A stretch of DNA of 64,000 bases from NCBI GenBank assembly GCA_017654855.1, contig CM030332.1:5704001-5768000 (forward strand), read 5' to 3'. This stretch comes from Podospora anserina (Eukaryota). The notes under the pieces are model-generated. The model was not told where the DNA came from, searched no databases, and saw only the letters and a program-made list of their open reading frames with translations. The translations under genes and the position numbers were made by a program. Positions 11,667 through 23,742 of this stretch are shown in pieces. The first letter of the stretch is position 1. The number at the start of each line of letters is the position of its first letter.

Positions 11667-13550
11667 GGTGATGGTTGAGGATGGTGTTTGGACGAAACTG
11701 GTTTGGTGGTTTCTTTGGCCAACTTGACACAGCTTGAAGAGAAAAGAGAGCCCGAGAACCACGCCTGGAGACAGCCTCCTCTTATGTCCGCCAGCCCACA
11801 GCGCAAACCGGGCAGGTGGCAGCGGCAATAGAGTGATACGTCAGTCCTTGGTGGTCTTGTCCTTCGTGGAGGTTCCATTTCCGGCACCTGAAGTGGGATT
11901 CCTGTTCCATGTGTCCATCGCCAAATCCAGCGGCCCGGGAACCGAAGGTCACTTGAGCTGGCCCATTTGATATTGGCTTGTCCATCAACCCGGGCAAGGC
12001 GCGGATAGTGGCGTCCGGCTTCTCAAAGAGGTGTTATCCCCAAATTAGTTGGGCCAATAGGGTGTATTGGTTGCATTTAACCATTGCAATGTTACTGTAG
12101 TTATGCACCCCACAACAGCGAGCCCGGAATCTGTGAACCGATTGTCAGGGGGCTCTGTCATGCGACATGGATTCGGGACGATCAGCCGCCGAGAGATTTT
12201 TGACTGTTTTGCAAAAGAGGCCCGATTGCCATGCCGCCTTCTGGACCGTCGTTTCATTCTGGATCGAGCTGTCCAAGATTGTTTGTTTTCATCGTGACGG
12301 GATGCGGTATCGCGGTCTCGAGTGCCGATGTGGACCAGGGAAACATCGACCTGAGTAGGGTTACGTCACTGGCGAGGCTAGGCGAGGAGGGCAATATATT
12401 CCAGTCTCATGGCGTGGATATGCGCGCATAGTGCTCAGCGCCAGGATTGTTCGAGAAACGTGAAGTTAATATCGTGCCGCCCATTGAAGAATGCACTTGA
12501 GACACGAGAAAGATTGGAGGGTCCAACGTCAAGGCCAGGAAGAAGGATGCGAGGGAGTCAGAAAGACAAGAGCAAGAGTGTTGGGAGACAAGGGTACAAA
12601 CGGTCGTGTGGTGGAGCTCTTGGCATCGCGTTGGTTACACTAGAGTAGTCCGAAGCGCATCAATCACAGTGAAGGAAGGTAAGCTTTTTGATGCCAACAG
12701 ACGAATGGTCCCCAGTGTATTTTGGAACGGTTGGGATTTTGCGTTGAAGTGTGGAATCTCCTTGTGGCTTGCACGAGGGAGGTTGGCTTTGATTGGTGAA
12801 AAAGCCATCGGCATGCCAAAAAGGGAAACTCAAATTAAGAAGTGGGACAGATGAGTCCACTTATTCTTGCGCCTCAGACCACACGTCAACGCTATTTCGA
12901 ACCAGCCCGGTTGTGAAAGTTATTCATGAGATGTAGTGAAAGACATAGCATATTCGGAATTAATAGCGTCTTGCCTCTGTTGTCTTGACCTCAGAGTGAA
13001 ATGCAACCAAAATATCAAAAGTAATCACTGTTTGGAACTTGTTTGATACCATGGGCTTGGAAATAAACTTCACATACTGACCCACACACATGTTGTTCGC
13101 CACCATTGCCACAAAGTCGTGAGGCTGAAGAAAAGTATCACAGCGTGGGTGTCAAGGCTTCAGACGCAAAATTTTTCTTTGAGGTTAACCTGATTTCCCC
13201 CCTCCCCCCCCTAAAAAAAAGCCATGTCCAAGATAGAGCCACCCAACATGTCGTCAATTCTCCTTGCCTACAATCATCCTCCTGATTCAACATCAAATCA
13301 TCGTCCCATCATGTGGCCCAGTCACTCGGGTCCAGAGCAGAAGGAAGCCTCAGAAGTAGTTGTTGATTTGTGAGCATTCATCCGACTCACCAACTTCAGA
13401 AAAGAGCAACCCAAATCCTCTGCCTTGGTGGACCTGGTGACCAAAGCCTTGAGAGCAACTCGATGGGCGAGTGAATAGGAAACACAGAATATATCCTCAA
13501 ATAAGGCCTTACCTCTGGACTCTCAGATTCAGTCCTCGCTGCTACATATC

Positions 13551-14632
13551 ATGATGGCACAATCAACTTCAGTACAACCGCCGAGTCGAAACCTCATGAA
13601 CAAAGCATACGAGCTTTACGAAAAGCTCGAAGAGTCCCACGCCATACCCGAAGCCTGTGCCAGCATCACCAATTCCGCGCGGGACCTTTGCAATTTAGCG
13701 ACAAACACCACCCGATCACCTTCAAAACCCGCTCCTGGCCGTGTCGAGATAACCAACTGGCTCCAAAGTCTAGCCAGCTGGGAAGAAGAGGCTGACGACA
13801 TCCCGAACCTAGACTCAATGGCGACCTCCCCCAGAGCAACAACCCCTGACAGCCAAAGATTTGTCTATGGATACCAAGCCATCCGTGTCCTCCTCCTCTC
13901 CTGGAAAAACGACCACCCCCAAGCCATCAACCGCACAAAGATAATGCGCAACCTCGAGGACCTCTTCCGCGACACCTACAACTTCGTTGTCTACTCCTAC
14001 GAATTCCAGTAACCCACCAACCCAGCCGAAACCATCAACAGCGCCTTCTTCAGCTGGCTCATGACCAACAACTTCCTCCTCAACATCAACCCAAAAAACC
14101 ACAAAGAACTCGTGATCATCATATACGATGGAGTCACTGGCAAAGATACCTCCAACAACCTCCGTCTCTACAGCCCCCAGAACCCAACCCGAAACTCCCT
14201 CCTCAGGGAGCCCAATCTCCAAACCCGCTTCGTCCAAGCCCCCTTCGATACCCTCTCCAAATCTTTAATGCAACTTACCAACCTCCCAACCAACCCGTTC
14301 ACAACTCAAGCGGAACCAACCTAGTCCTCGCCGCCAGCGACAAGGATATCTCCAAAAGCAACAACTGGCAGCTTCTCTTCCTCGAGGCTTTGTATACAGC
14401 CCTTCTCCCCACCAACGGCCCACTTTCTCTCGGCGCCATTCTCGAACGTATCAAAGTGGCTTATCAGGAGAAAAACCTGAAAGAAGTGCGAATGCCCAAT
14501 ATTGTTAGGCTTCCTTCCGATGGTGACGATACCGAATTAAGCATCGCCCCGTTGGAGGGGGCAGATAAAGATGGGTGGGTGGTGCTGTCGCATCATGACT
14601 ATTGGTCTCAGAGGCAGGGCGGTGGGACGTGA
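13551..14632 (+). pseudogene. Degenerate caspase-like (peptidase C14-fold) protein with an in-frame stop
   Basis: YQAIRVLLLSW...LEDLFRDTYNFVV...ELVIIIYDG resembles fungal caspase-like domains (VLLLxW...LIVYYxGHG). TAA at 14010-14012 separates two in-frame ORFs (13551 and 14061). Confidence 0.5.
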
Positions 14633-14721
14633 AAGAGATTTGGTAGTCTATTGTAAGGTTGTGCAAGAATGTAAAAGAACCGTGTAATTAGGTGATAATA
14701 AATGATACCCCCGGTTTAGCC

Positions 14722-15792
14722 TCAAGCATATCGATTCGACACCCCCGGCAACTCAGCAGACACCTGCGGGCCGTAATGTGCCAGTTCCGCTGACCCAGGT
14801 GTCGCTGCTCCATGATGTGCCTGATCCCAATCCCGCCCACTTCGCAGTTCCGTCGCGTTCTGGTATTGTTGTTGCTGCTGCTGCTGCTTGTGCCATTCCT
14901 GAAGATACGGAGAGGGTTTCTGCTGTGACGGATCGAGAAAAGGTGCCACCGGCTCGACCAAAGCCCTCTTGGTCTTGTGGAGTTTCCACATCAGCCATGC
15001 AATAACTGAGACCATTATGACAACACTAGCTGCGCCCACGCCAATACCGACCTGCGCTGCTACGGGAAGCCCGCCTCCTGATGATGAGGACGAAGGGCCT
15101 GGGTCTTGGCCTGAGCCCCCTGTTGAGCCATCTCTCGTTGAGCCACCCGGCGAGCCGTTGTCGCCCGATCCAGTCTCCTTTGGGCCACTGGCGTTTGTCG
15201 CTGTGGTCGGACTAGGTTCGAAGGACGGCGTTGAGGGTTTAGTTGTCGTCGAAGTGGAACTCGAACTCGAAACCTGAGCCAAAGGCGTGTAAAACCCCTC
15301 GCTGGAATCCCAAAGAGCCAACGTGACCGGCCTCGGCGGCATTACCTCGAATCGCCCTATCCCATCATCGCAGCACCTCCCCGTCTCTGTCTTCTCGCAA
15401 CAAAACGACGTGTCTTTGTCTGTGACATTGGAGCATGATATCAGGTTTGCTCCCCCGCCGCCGACATCTATTCCTTCGGTGTTAGCCCTTACCAGTCCAA
15501 AATAACACACCAGGATGAACGAACTCATGCAAAAAGAGGCGCACTCTGGCGAATTCCAGTTTCGATCAGTGCATGTCCCCCTGATAATCTTCCCATCCGG
15601 AGCCTGGCACATCTTGTTCGACAGACAGGCCCGCCCATACGACCCCCCTTTAAAACAGCACATGCTGTCCTCTGCTTCGGGGTGACATGGCGTGTCGGTC
15701 GTGGCCTCAACACCGTTGGGGTAGTAGCACTTTTTGACGGCCCACGATAACTGCACAAGGCCCATGCAGGCGACTGCCGTGTGTAACCTCAT
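14722..15792 (-). CDS. Type I membrane protein: signal peptide, Cys-rich ectodomain, Ser/Thr/Gly stalk, one TM helix (Mid2/WSC-like architecture)
   Basis: MRLHTAVACMGLVQLSWA, then KKCYYPNG...CC...RGTCTDRNWNSPEC; TM VGIGVGAASVVIMVSVIAWLMW; Gln-rich tail. One probable in-frame intron. Confidence 0.8.
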   Translation of the reverse strand: MRLHTAVACMGLVQLSWAVKKCYYPNGVEATTDTPCHPEAEDSMCCFKGGSYGRACLSNKMCQAPDGKIIRGTCTDRNWNSPECASFCMSSFILVCYFGLVRANTEGIDVGGGGANLISCSNVTDKDTSFCCEKTETGRCCDDGIGRFEVMPPRPVTLALWDSSEGFYTPLAQVSSSSSTSTTTKPSTPSFEPSPTTATNASGPKETGSGDNGSPGGSTRDGSTGGSGQDPGPSSSSSGGGLPVAAQVGIGVGAASVVIMVSVIAWLMWKLHKTKRALVEPVAPFLDPSQQKPSPYLQEWHKQQQQQQQYQNATELRSGRDWDQAHHGAATPGSAELAHYGPQVSAELPGVSNRYA

Positions 15793-17158
15793 GTTGGAGT
15801 TGCTGAAAGATGCTGGCGAGATTGGTGAGAAAAGTGCAAGGAGGTGCAACAAGAGACAGGGCCATATTCTTAAGAGAAAGCACTGATGCTGCTCCAAGGC
15901 TGATGATGGTTTCATCCTTGTTCGCTGCGCACGCCACTATGTAGCACCGCGTGGGAGCGGCGCAGCAAGGGGCCAGGGGCCCAGAATGTTCCTGGCCTGC
16001 AGACACAGCAAAAGTATTGGTCTAATGAAGAGCTGTTGGCTCGTCGTCGGTCTGCGCGCGTAGTAGCGCGAGATTGTTATGCCCAAATAAGACGTTCGCC
16101 AAGGCCCTTGAGAGACCGGCGGCCCCCAAGAGACCAAGCGAAAGGTCGTGTCACGCTGCCAGATTTGCCGGGACATTGGGGTTGGTCTGACAGGTAGCAT
16201 TGATGAAGGCGAAGAGGAGACACAGGCTGAAGCAAGTTAATGCCTTGTTGGGGGTTGTCGAACGTCGACGGCAGCGACTTGACAACGCACCAGTGAAGCA
16301 GCAGGATGGACTGCTAGTTGCCTGTGTCACTTTCTCAACCCTGGACAGGGCAGCCTTTGAAGGTGGAAAGATAAGTTGCTCCGCATCACCTGTCTCGGAC
16401 TCGATCTCAGTCGCCAGGACCTTGCAGAGTCGGTGTAATCCGAGTTGGGCTTGGCGGCATAATTGGAGCAGACACCCGCGCGTCTAATACTCGGGGTCTC
16501 GATTGCGAGATGACTGCAGGTACAAAGAGCCGCACAATCCGAGCAATGTCTCAATAAGGCAGACAGGGTCTGGTGAATCCGAGTTGGAGATTTGCAAGAA
16601 TGTACCGTTGCACAAAGAGGCAGCCATCCAGCCCTATGAAAAGGGGCAGAAAAGTGAATTTGCCGCCCAGTTCTTCCTGAGACAGATTGTTCTGACATCA
16701 GAAACAAGCAATTTTCGATCGCAACTTGTGTCCGTTGTGGGTGAAAATAAAGAAAAGTCGGCCGTGTGGTTAGGCCATGGTCCACCTGGCATTGCGGGGA
16801 AAACTGCCATTTGGTAAGCGCACCGAACAGTCGGAACGCACAATCTCAAGTGGCAAGCAACCAATGATCTTTTCGTCCTCAATCTGACACGGAAGACCCA
16901 TCAGCTGGCCCCGTGGACCCCAAGATATTATCTTGCAGAGTGCCAAAGGAGTCACACAGATCTTTGTGTTACTTAAGGTACTGTATGCCAAGGTGATAGC
17001 TGCGGTTGGGAACTTGTGCAAGATGCCAAGCATCCCAAGTCCCACCCAAACAATGAGGCCACCTCAGTTAGGCAACCAAGTCAAACTTGACGACATCTCT
17101 TCCCCTCTTTGAACTGTTCCGATAGTTTGTTTCTTTCACGCCTTTGTATTCAACAATT

Positions 17159-18123
17159 ATGGCTGCTAATGAGACCACCCCACTCCTGCGGGAAAGCAAC
17201 ACCGAAGGCGGCACTCCAGCGCGTGCCACGGACGCAGAAACCCAGCAGACTCAGAATGAGGACCAACTCAACCTTCGAGGCCCCACCGAGCTCAAGCTCG
17301 CTGCTGTGGCTCACCTGGGCAGTGTAGTCACTTCTTTTGGCGCTGTTGGGCTGGCTTTGGTTTACGGGCCCCTCGTCCACAATCCGCCCAAGTCGTGGTG
17401 GCCTCCTTATGTCGTGCGTGAATTAGCCTCGACCGCAACGACGGTTGTACGTATCACTTTGCCTTGTCTCTGTTGTTTCAACCTTCGTGGCAACACTGAC
17501 CAAGGCTATAGGGAATTCTGACTGTCATTTGGGGACTGGCCAACTTTCTCGTGTTTCATTTCCGCCGCCGACTAATAGGACCTCCATTCCTCGGTGGTCT
17601 GCTACATCTCGTGGGCGCCTTCCCTATATTTCTCTTCTTCATGGCACTCAACGATATAATGGAGAGAGACGGTGGCAGCCATCAATGCCAGCGTTGGGAT
17701 GGGCAGCAGTGGTATCCTGCCGATCCAGAATGTCTGGCCTGGGTTGAACGCTTCTTTGTCCTCGTTTACACTGGCTTGTTTTTCTTTCTGGGTGTCTGGT
17801 AAGTGCCTTTCTATGATTGTCGTTGATCAATGCCTGACATTCACCACTTTAGCACCTCACACGCCGTCCTTGTTTATCTCAACTTTATGTGGACCAAAAG
17901 ACAGTTCGTGGCATTCATGCGATCCCTTCCGTGGTCAAGGCCTGAACTCTCGTCTCACAACGGCGCCTATCGTGCGCGTGTTCCTGTCCCGATTGTCCCA
18001 ATAGGAGGTATCTCGTTCGAATTTGGCATCAAGGTCTTGGGGCGTGACTCTGTCCCGCGATCAGCTGTTGAAGCGGAAGAGAACACTTCGGCACAGGCTA
18101 CCACCTCTGGACAGGCTGCTTGA
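17159..18123 (+). CDS. Hypothetical multi-pass membrane protein (3 exons)
   Basis: MAANETTPLL start typical of fungal membrane proteins; hydrophobic segments across three ORFs linked by GT...CTGAC...AG introns. Confidence 0.65.
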
Positions 18124-18311
18124 GGCCGACAAACGATACTGTACGATCTTTGGTATTAGACATCTCGCCGTGATGCCGAGCGGTATATTTAGTATGGAGA
18201 ACATTGGATGCACTTAAGGTTTTGAAATAGGAGAAAGGCTCGCTTTGTATATGTAGCAGACAAGAATTAATCTTTATTTCATGCACACAGGCACCATATC
18301 CCTGTTCCCAA

Positions 18312-19352
18312 CTACCAAGCCGTATGACCCCCATCAATAACAAGATTCCCACCCGTCATGAAACTGCTCCCCTTACCCATCAAAAACAGCACCGCAGCCT
18401 TGAACTCGCTCGTCTCCGCCAGCCTTCCCATCATGTTCTCCGCCTCCCACTTCTCCCTCAGCCCGGGCACCTCCTCAAAGTTCTTGAGCACCATCGGCGT
18501 AAGGATATGGCCAGGAGAAATACAATTCACTCTGATCCCCCCACTGCCATCCGGCCTCGTAGGGCTCCATTCCATGGCCAGGTTCCTCGCCAACTGAATC
18601 ACACCGGCTTTGCTGGAATTATACACCGGGCTGAGCAAGCCTTTGTTGGCAATCAGCCCGCTCATACTGGCAATAAGACAAATACTCGCCCCCTTTGTCT
18701 TGTGCTTGAACATCTGCCTCGCTGCTGCGGAAGCAGTCATGAACACACCAGTGTAATTCACCTCTAGCATCTTGGCGACGTCCTCGGGGGTGTACTCCAT
18801 CGCCGGGGTGATCTGCTGAATCCCCGCAGCAGCCACCACCCCGTCCAACCGCTGATTATCATCCGCAATCTTCGCAATGAGGGAGTTGAGGGAGTCAATA
18901 TCGGCGACATCTTGCTGGCAGTAGTGGAGGGAGCCGCCCCAGGAGGGGACGACGCGGGAGTTGGCTTGCTCCCATTGCTCTGGGTCAGAGGGGGAGGGGT
19001 GTCGGTCCAGGCAGTACACTTTCCCGCCTGCTTCGACGAGGGCCTCGGCGAGGGTGAGGCCTAGGCCTTGGGCGCCGCCGGTGACGATGTAGACTTTGCC
19101 GCCGAGGTCGAAGTCTGAGAAGCGTTGGCGGCCGATGTTTTCGGAGGGGGAGACGCGTGGGGAGGTTTTGTTTTGGGTGGGGTCCGGGTTTTGGGGTTTT
19201 ACTTTTGTGAGGAGGGGTGGTGAGGTGTGGAGGAGGCGGGTGGTGGTTGGTGTGCAGGTGAGGCGGGTTGGTGGTTTGGAGCGGGTGATGTTTTGGGAGA
19301 GGCGGGCTTGCCTTGAGGCGAAGCGGCAAGCTCTTGCTGCCGAGGGGTTCAT
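18312..19352 (-). CDS. Short-chain dehydrogenase/reductase (polyol/arabinitol dehydrogenase-like) with probable mitochondrial presequence
   Basis: TGGAQGLG, catalytic YNSSK, IRVNCISPG, MTGGNLVIDGG. The N-terminal extension is Arg/Ser/Thr-rich and acid-poor. Confidence 0.9.
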   Translation of the reverse strand: MNPSAARACRFASRQARLSQNITRSKPPTRLTCTPTTTRLLHTSPPLLTKVKPQNPDPTQNKTSPRVSPSENIGRQRFSDFDLGGKVYIVTGGAQGLGLTLAEALVEAGGKVYCLDRHPSPSDPEQWEQANSRVVPSWGGSLHYCQQDVADIDSLNSLIAKIADDNQRLDGVVAAAGIQQITPAMEYTPEDVAKMLEVNYTGVFMTASAAARQMFKHKTKGASICLIASMSGLIANKGLLSPVYNSSKAGVIQLARNLAMEWSPTRPDGSGGIRVNCISPGHILTPMVLKNFEEVPGLREKWEAENMMGRLAETSEFKAAVLFLMGKGSSFMTGGNLVIDGGHTAW

Positions 19353-20174
19353 TTTGAGTATTTTTTGTAGTTTGATTTTGGGTCTGTTCAGTCACAGTAA
19401 GAGTGGTGCATGAGGTTCATTCACCGGCCGGCTTTTATGTGGCCGTGGTGTTGATCAAACATGTGTTGATGTAAGTCAGCACTCGAACCTGATTCTGGCA
19501 CAGGAGCTTTTGCTCCGAGTCCAAGACGTCTAATATCCCACTATCCGTACCGACAGCCACACAAGCGATGATCTTCGACGTCATGACAGTGGTGGTATGG
19601 CCAATAGGCCGGTGAATATCTCCCAACACCCCCGTTCCGGCACCCGAATCTGGCTCCGTGACCGTCGGGACAGCATCGTTCACCGATGTTCGCAATGCCG
19701 TTTCATAACGGCAGGATGCTTTCCCCAATATGTTGCCTGTGCTGAGGCGCCTAACTCCGCAATTTCAGCCACGGTGAGCTGTCAAACGGCGGGTGTTGCC
19801 TGCGCCGAGAAATGCCCCACCTCCGGCCCCGGCATGACCGCCGATCGGTGTGCTCAAACGCGGCATCTCGGCGCCGATACATGACGTTAATGTGGAGCCG
19901 AACCGTGAATAAGCTTTGTTCCCTCTTGTTTCCATCGACTTTTGATCCTGAAATTCTCAACCTGACACGCCTGACTCCCTGAATGTCTTCTCCCTGCGAA
20001 GATCTTGCAGCTCGTGCCGGTCAGCAAGTAGGATGAGTCTGGAACGCGCGTTCAAGTCATTTACGTTTTTCGGTGGAGAATAGACGGCTCGGCATTTTAA
20101 GCTTGGTAACTCTCTTCATTCAATCTGGTATTGAAAAGTCTCTCATTGAAATATGGATATCCACTTGATGTAGC

Positions 20175-21875
20175 TCAATTCACCAACGCAGACGCACGAA
20201 AATACGAAAATTCCAACAACTCAGGGCCTTCTGGCCCTCCATTTAGTTCCACGCTCACGTCCCAGAGTCCCGCTCCGTATCGCCGTACCTTGAAGGCTTC
20301 GTAGTTCAAGCGGACATGCTGTAGGGTTGGACAAGCAAATGCCAACTTTTCTGCCAACGCCTCAAGATCTTGTTCATACTGGGACACATTGTCGACCGCT
20401 AGCTGTGTGAGCTTGGTAAAAGACGGAATAGGCTCTATCAAGTCCTGTGGTAGGATCCCATCCTCTTCCTCGACCTAGTCTGCATCTTGGTCTGAAATAT
20501 TCAGAACAAGCGCCTCCAACGAACCACCGTTAGACAGTACCAGATCCTTGAGTATCTCCTTAGCAGACCGATCGTATGTGTACCATTGGCGGTTTAGATC
20601 CACCTCCATCATCCTCAGCTTGATGGGTAGCTCCGGATGTTCTTCGCTAGTGCACAGCAGCATGGCTGGATCAAAGACCCCGTCTGGGGTAGCAACATAG
20701 AATGCCAGATTACAGGAGATAGACGGGTGTTTGGCAAACTCGCAGAGAAGTTCGTGTGCGCCCTTGCAGTAGTAAGACACTTTGAGCTTTCGAAGGCGTG
20801 GACATGATGTTGGGCCGAAAGCTGAAAACACAACTTTACAGCTGTTGTCGGTGCAGAGCTAGAAGACGTCTTGGTCCTCATGCAGCTTGTAATTGTTGTC
20901 AATCATCACTACCTCAAGACAAGCCAAATCGACCAGCCCCGTCAAGTGCTGGCGATTCAACGGGTAGACGGATTGGCCACAGTCGAGGATTTTGAGATGT
21001 AGAGGTTCCCCCCGCTCTCGACATACTCTTCACAAATCTTATCGAAGAATTCTGCAAGATCAAGGGCTTTCGGGCCTGATATGACCACACAGTTTCAGTT
21101 GAAAGTTAAAGTTCTAATTCTTTCAAGGGCTCTTTTGCATGGTCAGCTGGAAGAAACACAAAATTTGATGTGCCGATAACATTTCAGTGAACAGCAATTT
21201 GCATATCTTGACCTAAAGGGTTCGGCATACCTTGAGTGCAGCAAAAGTTGTATTAATTGTCGCCGCCACCTGGACAGATCGCCGGACAAGTTCTTGACAG
21301 CAAGGTATCGCAAGTTACAGAAATAAGAAACCTGAAGTTCGGGCCGATATTGCGACACCGAGCTGTCATTGGAGATATCTCGGAGTACATTCGTGGTCTC
21401 TTCGGGGTCGTCACATGCAACCTGAAGGGTCGTTAGGTCTGGACGTAATCTCCGCAGACAATCTAGTGTAGCCTGCTCCAGTCTGTACGCAAAACCCCAG
21501 CTGAAATATGAGATTTGTTAGAAACATCGTTTCGATGTTTGATGGGTGCTAGGACTCTTGCTCGAACTCTTTCAGGCACCGCATTGATTTGATGAGCTGT
21601 CGTGTTCTCTCGTTGAACTCCGTTGAAGTTGGATTCTCTCCGTTCGTTGCACCCGAATAAGGGCTCTTGGTGTAAATGGGATTCGGGTTACATGGCGAAA
21701 TATTGAATGAGTCACTGCTCCTGTCGAGGTGACGGTAAAGGTGTCGACCAAATACCAGGTGAAAGGTTCTGCTCGTACGACAGAGAATACAAAGGGTCTT
21801 CCGGTCCCTAATATGCTCTCCGATTGAATCAAGTATCTCCAGAACAGCAGCGACCCGTCTTGCTGCGGTACCCAT
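20175..21875 (-). pseudogene. F-box-like / leucine-rich-repeat-like protein, spliced, with a premature stop
   Basis: N-terminal LEILDSIGEHIRDRKTLCILCRTSRTFHLVFGRHLYR; repeated LxxLxV motifs (LRYLAV, LRKLKV, LTQLAV). In-frame TAG at 20475-20477 lies between two in-frame ORFs. Confidence 0.55.
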
Positions 21876-22188
21876 CTTGACTGTATTGACAGGGGTAGAA
21901 TACTGTCGAGAAGGTGATGGCGGGGAGGTGTTTGCTAGCTGTCAGTTGATTGTTGATTGTTGATTGTGTGCGGCACTAGATCCACATTTGGTGAAAGAAA
22001 CGATGCGAACCCTAAGGTAAAACTACCTTAGGTAGGTGTCTGCCTCTTGAAGGCTCCTTTTATGGTCTTAATTAGCACTAGTCGAAGTTTAAATTACATG
22101 GCTTCATCTGCAATAAAAGTCGACAACCAAATTCAGAACAATAAACGAGTGGATAGCAGACGACAGGATAGTGTGCTCATTTCTCGCC

Positions 22189-23436
22189 TTACACCATCTC
22201 AGGTGAACCAACACGACTCCCGACAATAACATCCCAAGCCTCCTCATCCTCAGCCTCTTTACAACCCCCAACACCGTCCTCAAAACCATCACCCGCCCCA
22301 TCCATACCAAACCGACCCATTTCAGTTTTCTCTTCACTCTCCATGTTTCCATATTTCTTATCGTTCTTTGCTCCTCCAGACCCTTCCTTCTTGCCCCCCC
22401 TTAACTCAATCAACCCCTCCTCCATCTCCCCCCACCACCTCCCCTCTACGCAGTGACATCCCTGACCATGAACAATAGCATGCCACATCTTCATCTTCTC
22501 CTCCAAAACCACCAGCCTCCCCTCGGCCTCTCTCTTCTCCTGTGACAACCGCGCAATATTCCCATGAGCATGCGTCATCGCCTCCAGCACCCCATCAACA
22601 TATGACTGCGTGTAAATCGGCTTGAAATCTTTGTGAGCACTCTCCCCCACTTCATCAACACCCACCCCCCCCATAGGAGGAAGAGGCAAATCCAAAAACG
22701 GCAGCAGCATAGACGACGACCCCTCCCCTTTCTCATTCCCTTTACCGTGAACAGGAATCGGTCTGGTCAACGGCGAAGACATGGCAACATCACCAGAAAG
22801 CGAAGAACCCCGAGCACTTCCCTGATTGTCAGAACCATCAAGCTGCATCCTCTCCATCCCCTTGATGACCCTGCCCGGCGTCGGCGTCGGCGGCGACTCC
22901 CTCTTCCAAGGCGTGATATCAAAAGTCTTTGACCCAGGCGCGGTCGGCTCAACAACGGCCGTACCAAAAATCCCGGTCTTTTTCGATATTGGGGTCGAGG
23001 GCAAAGACTGCGTCTCACGAGAAGGTTCCGGCCGGAGGTGCTTCATATCTCGACGCGAAAGGAAACTGGCAACCGGCTTGGGAGTCGAAGCCGCAGCAGC
23101 AAACTTGCCCTCACCCCCGAGGATCTCATCAAGGTGTGACCTCGTCTCGTCAAACGCGTGAAACTGTTCCGTTCGACTGTGAGACCGTGACTGGACAATG
23201 CGATCATACAGGCGACCTACTTTGTAGAGGTCGTTCAAAAAGGGGAGAGACTTTCTCTCGGGGCTGCTGTTGGACCAGGTCTTGAGGACGTCTTCCAGCT
23301 TATCATCCCCTTTGGCTTGTTTTCCATCGGCCGAGGTCGAGGCTGAGGGCTGGGTGGTAGCTGGAGCAGGGATTTGGGTAGATGGTGACGCTCGGGCGCG
23401 CGCGTTGCGAGCGGGAGTGGATTTCTGGGGATTCAT
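22189..23436 (-). CDS. Hypothetical low-complexity protein with a short coiled coil
   Basis: Uninterrupted ORF of more than 400 codons with coding-like composition; no recognised motif. Confidence 0.6.
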   Translation of the reverse strand: MNPQKSTPARNARARASPSTQIPAPATTQPSASTSADGKQAKGDDKLEDVLKTWSNSSPERKSLPFLNDLYKVGRLYDRIVQSRSHSRTEQFHAFDETRSHLDEILGGEGKFAAAASTPKPVASFLSRRDMKHLRPEPSRETQSLPSTPISKKTGIFGTAVVEPTAPGSKTFDITPWKRESPPTPTPGRVIKGMERMQLDGSDNQGSARGSSLSGDVAMSSPLTRPIPVHGKGNEKGEGSSSMLLPFLDLPLPPMGGVGVDEVGESAHKDFKPIYTQSYVDGVLEAMTHAHGNIARLSQEKREAEGRLVVLEEKMKMWHAIVHGQGCHCVEGRWWGEMEEGLIELRGGKKEGSGGAKNDKKYGNMESEEKTEMGRFGMDGAGDGFEDGVGGCKEAEDEEAWDVIVGSRVGSPEMV

Positions 23437-23742
23437 GTTTGGATGGAGGAGTCTTGTAAGTGCGTATGAAGATTGCTGTGGATGGAGATGATTTGAGAAG
23501 AGGGTAAACATCAAAGATTTGAGGCCCTAAAGTACCAAAATGTTTGGCTACTTCTCTTTCTCTTGATGAGATGTCCTGGATCAAAACCGCCTTTCTTGTC
23601 TTCAACACAAATCAGCTTTATCCCTATGGACATCATCGCCTCAAAGAGCAAACCAAAACAAGTCTCACATCACTACACACACCCAAAGCACTTCTTTCAA
23701 TCAACTCTCTTTATTTACCACAAATCCCTCTTCATCAACTAT

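Noticed and set aside
13197-13220. Poly-C/poly-A tracts (also 48384-48403)
   Set aside because: Ordinary intergenic homopolymer runs.
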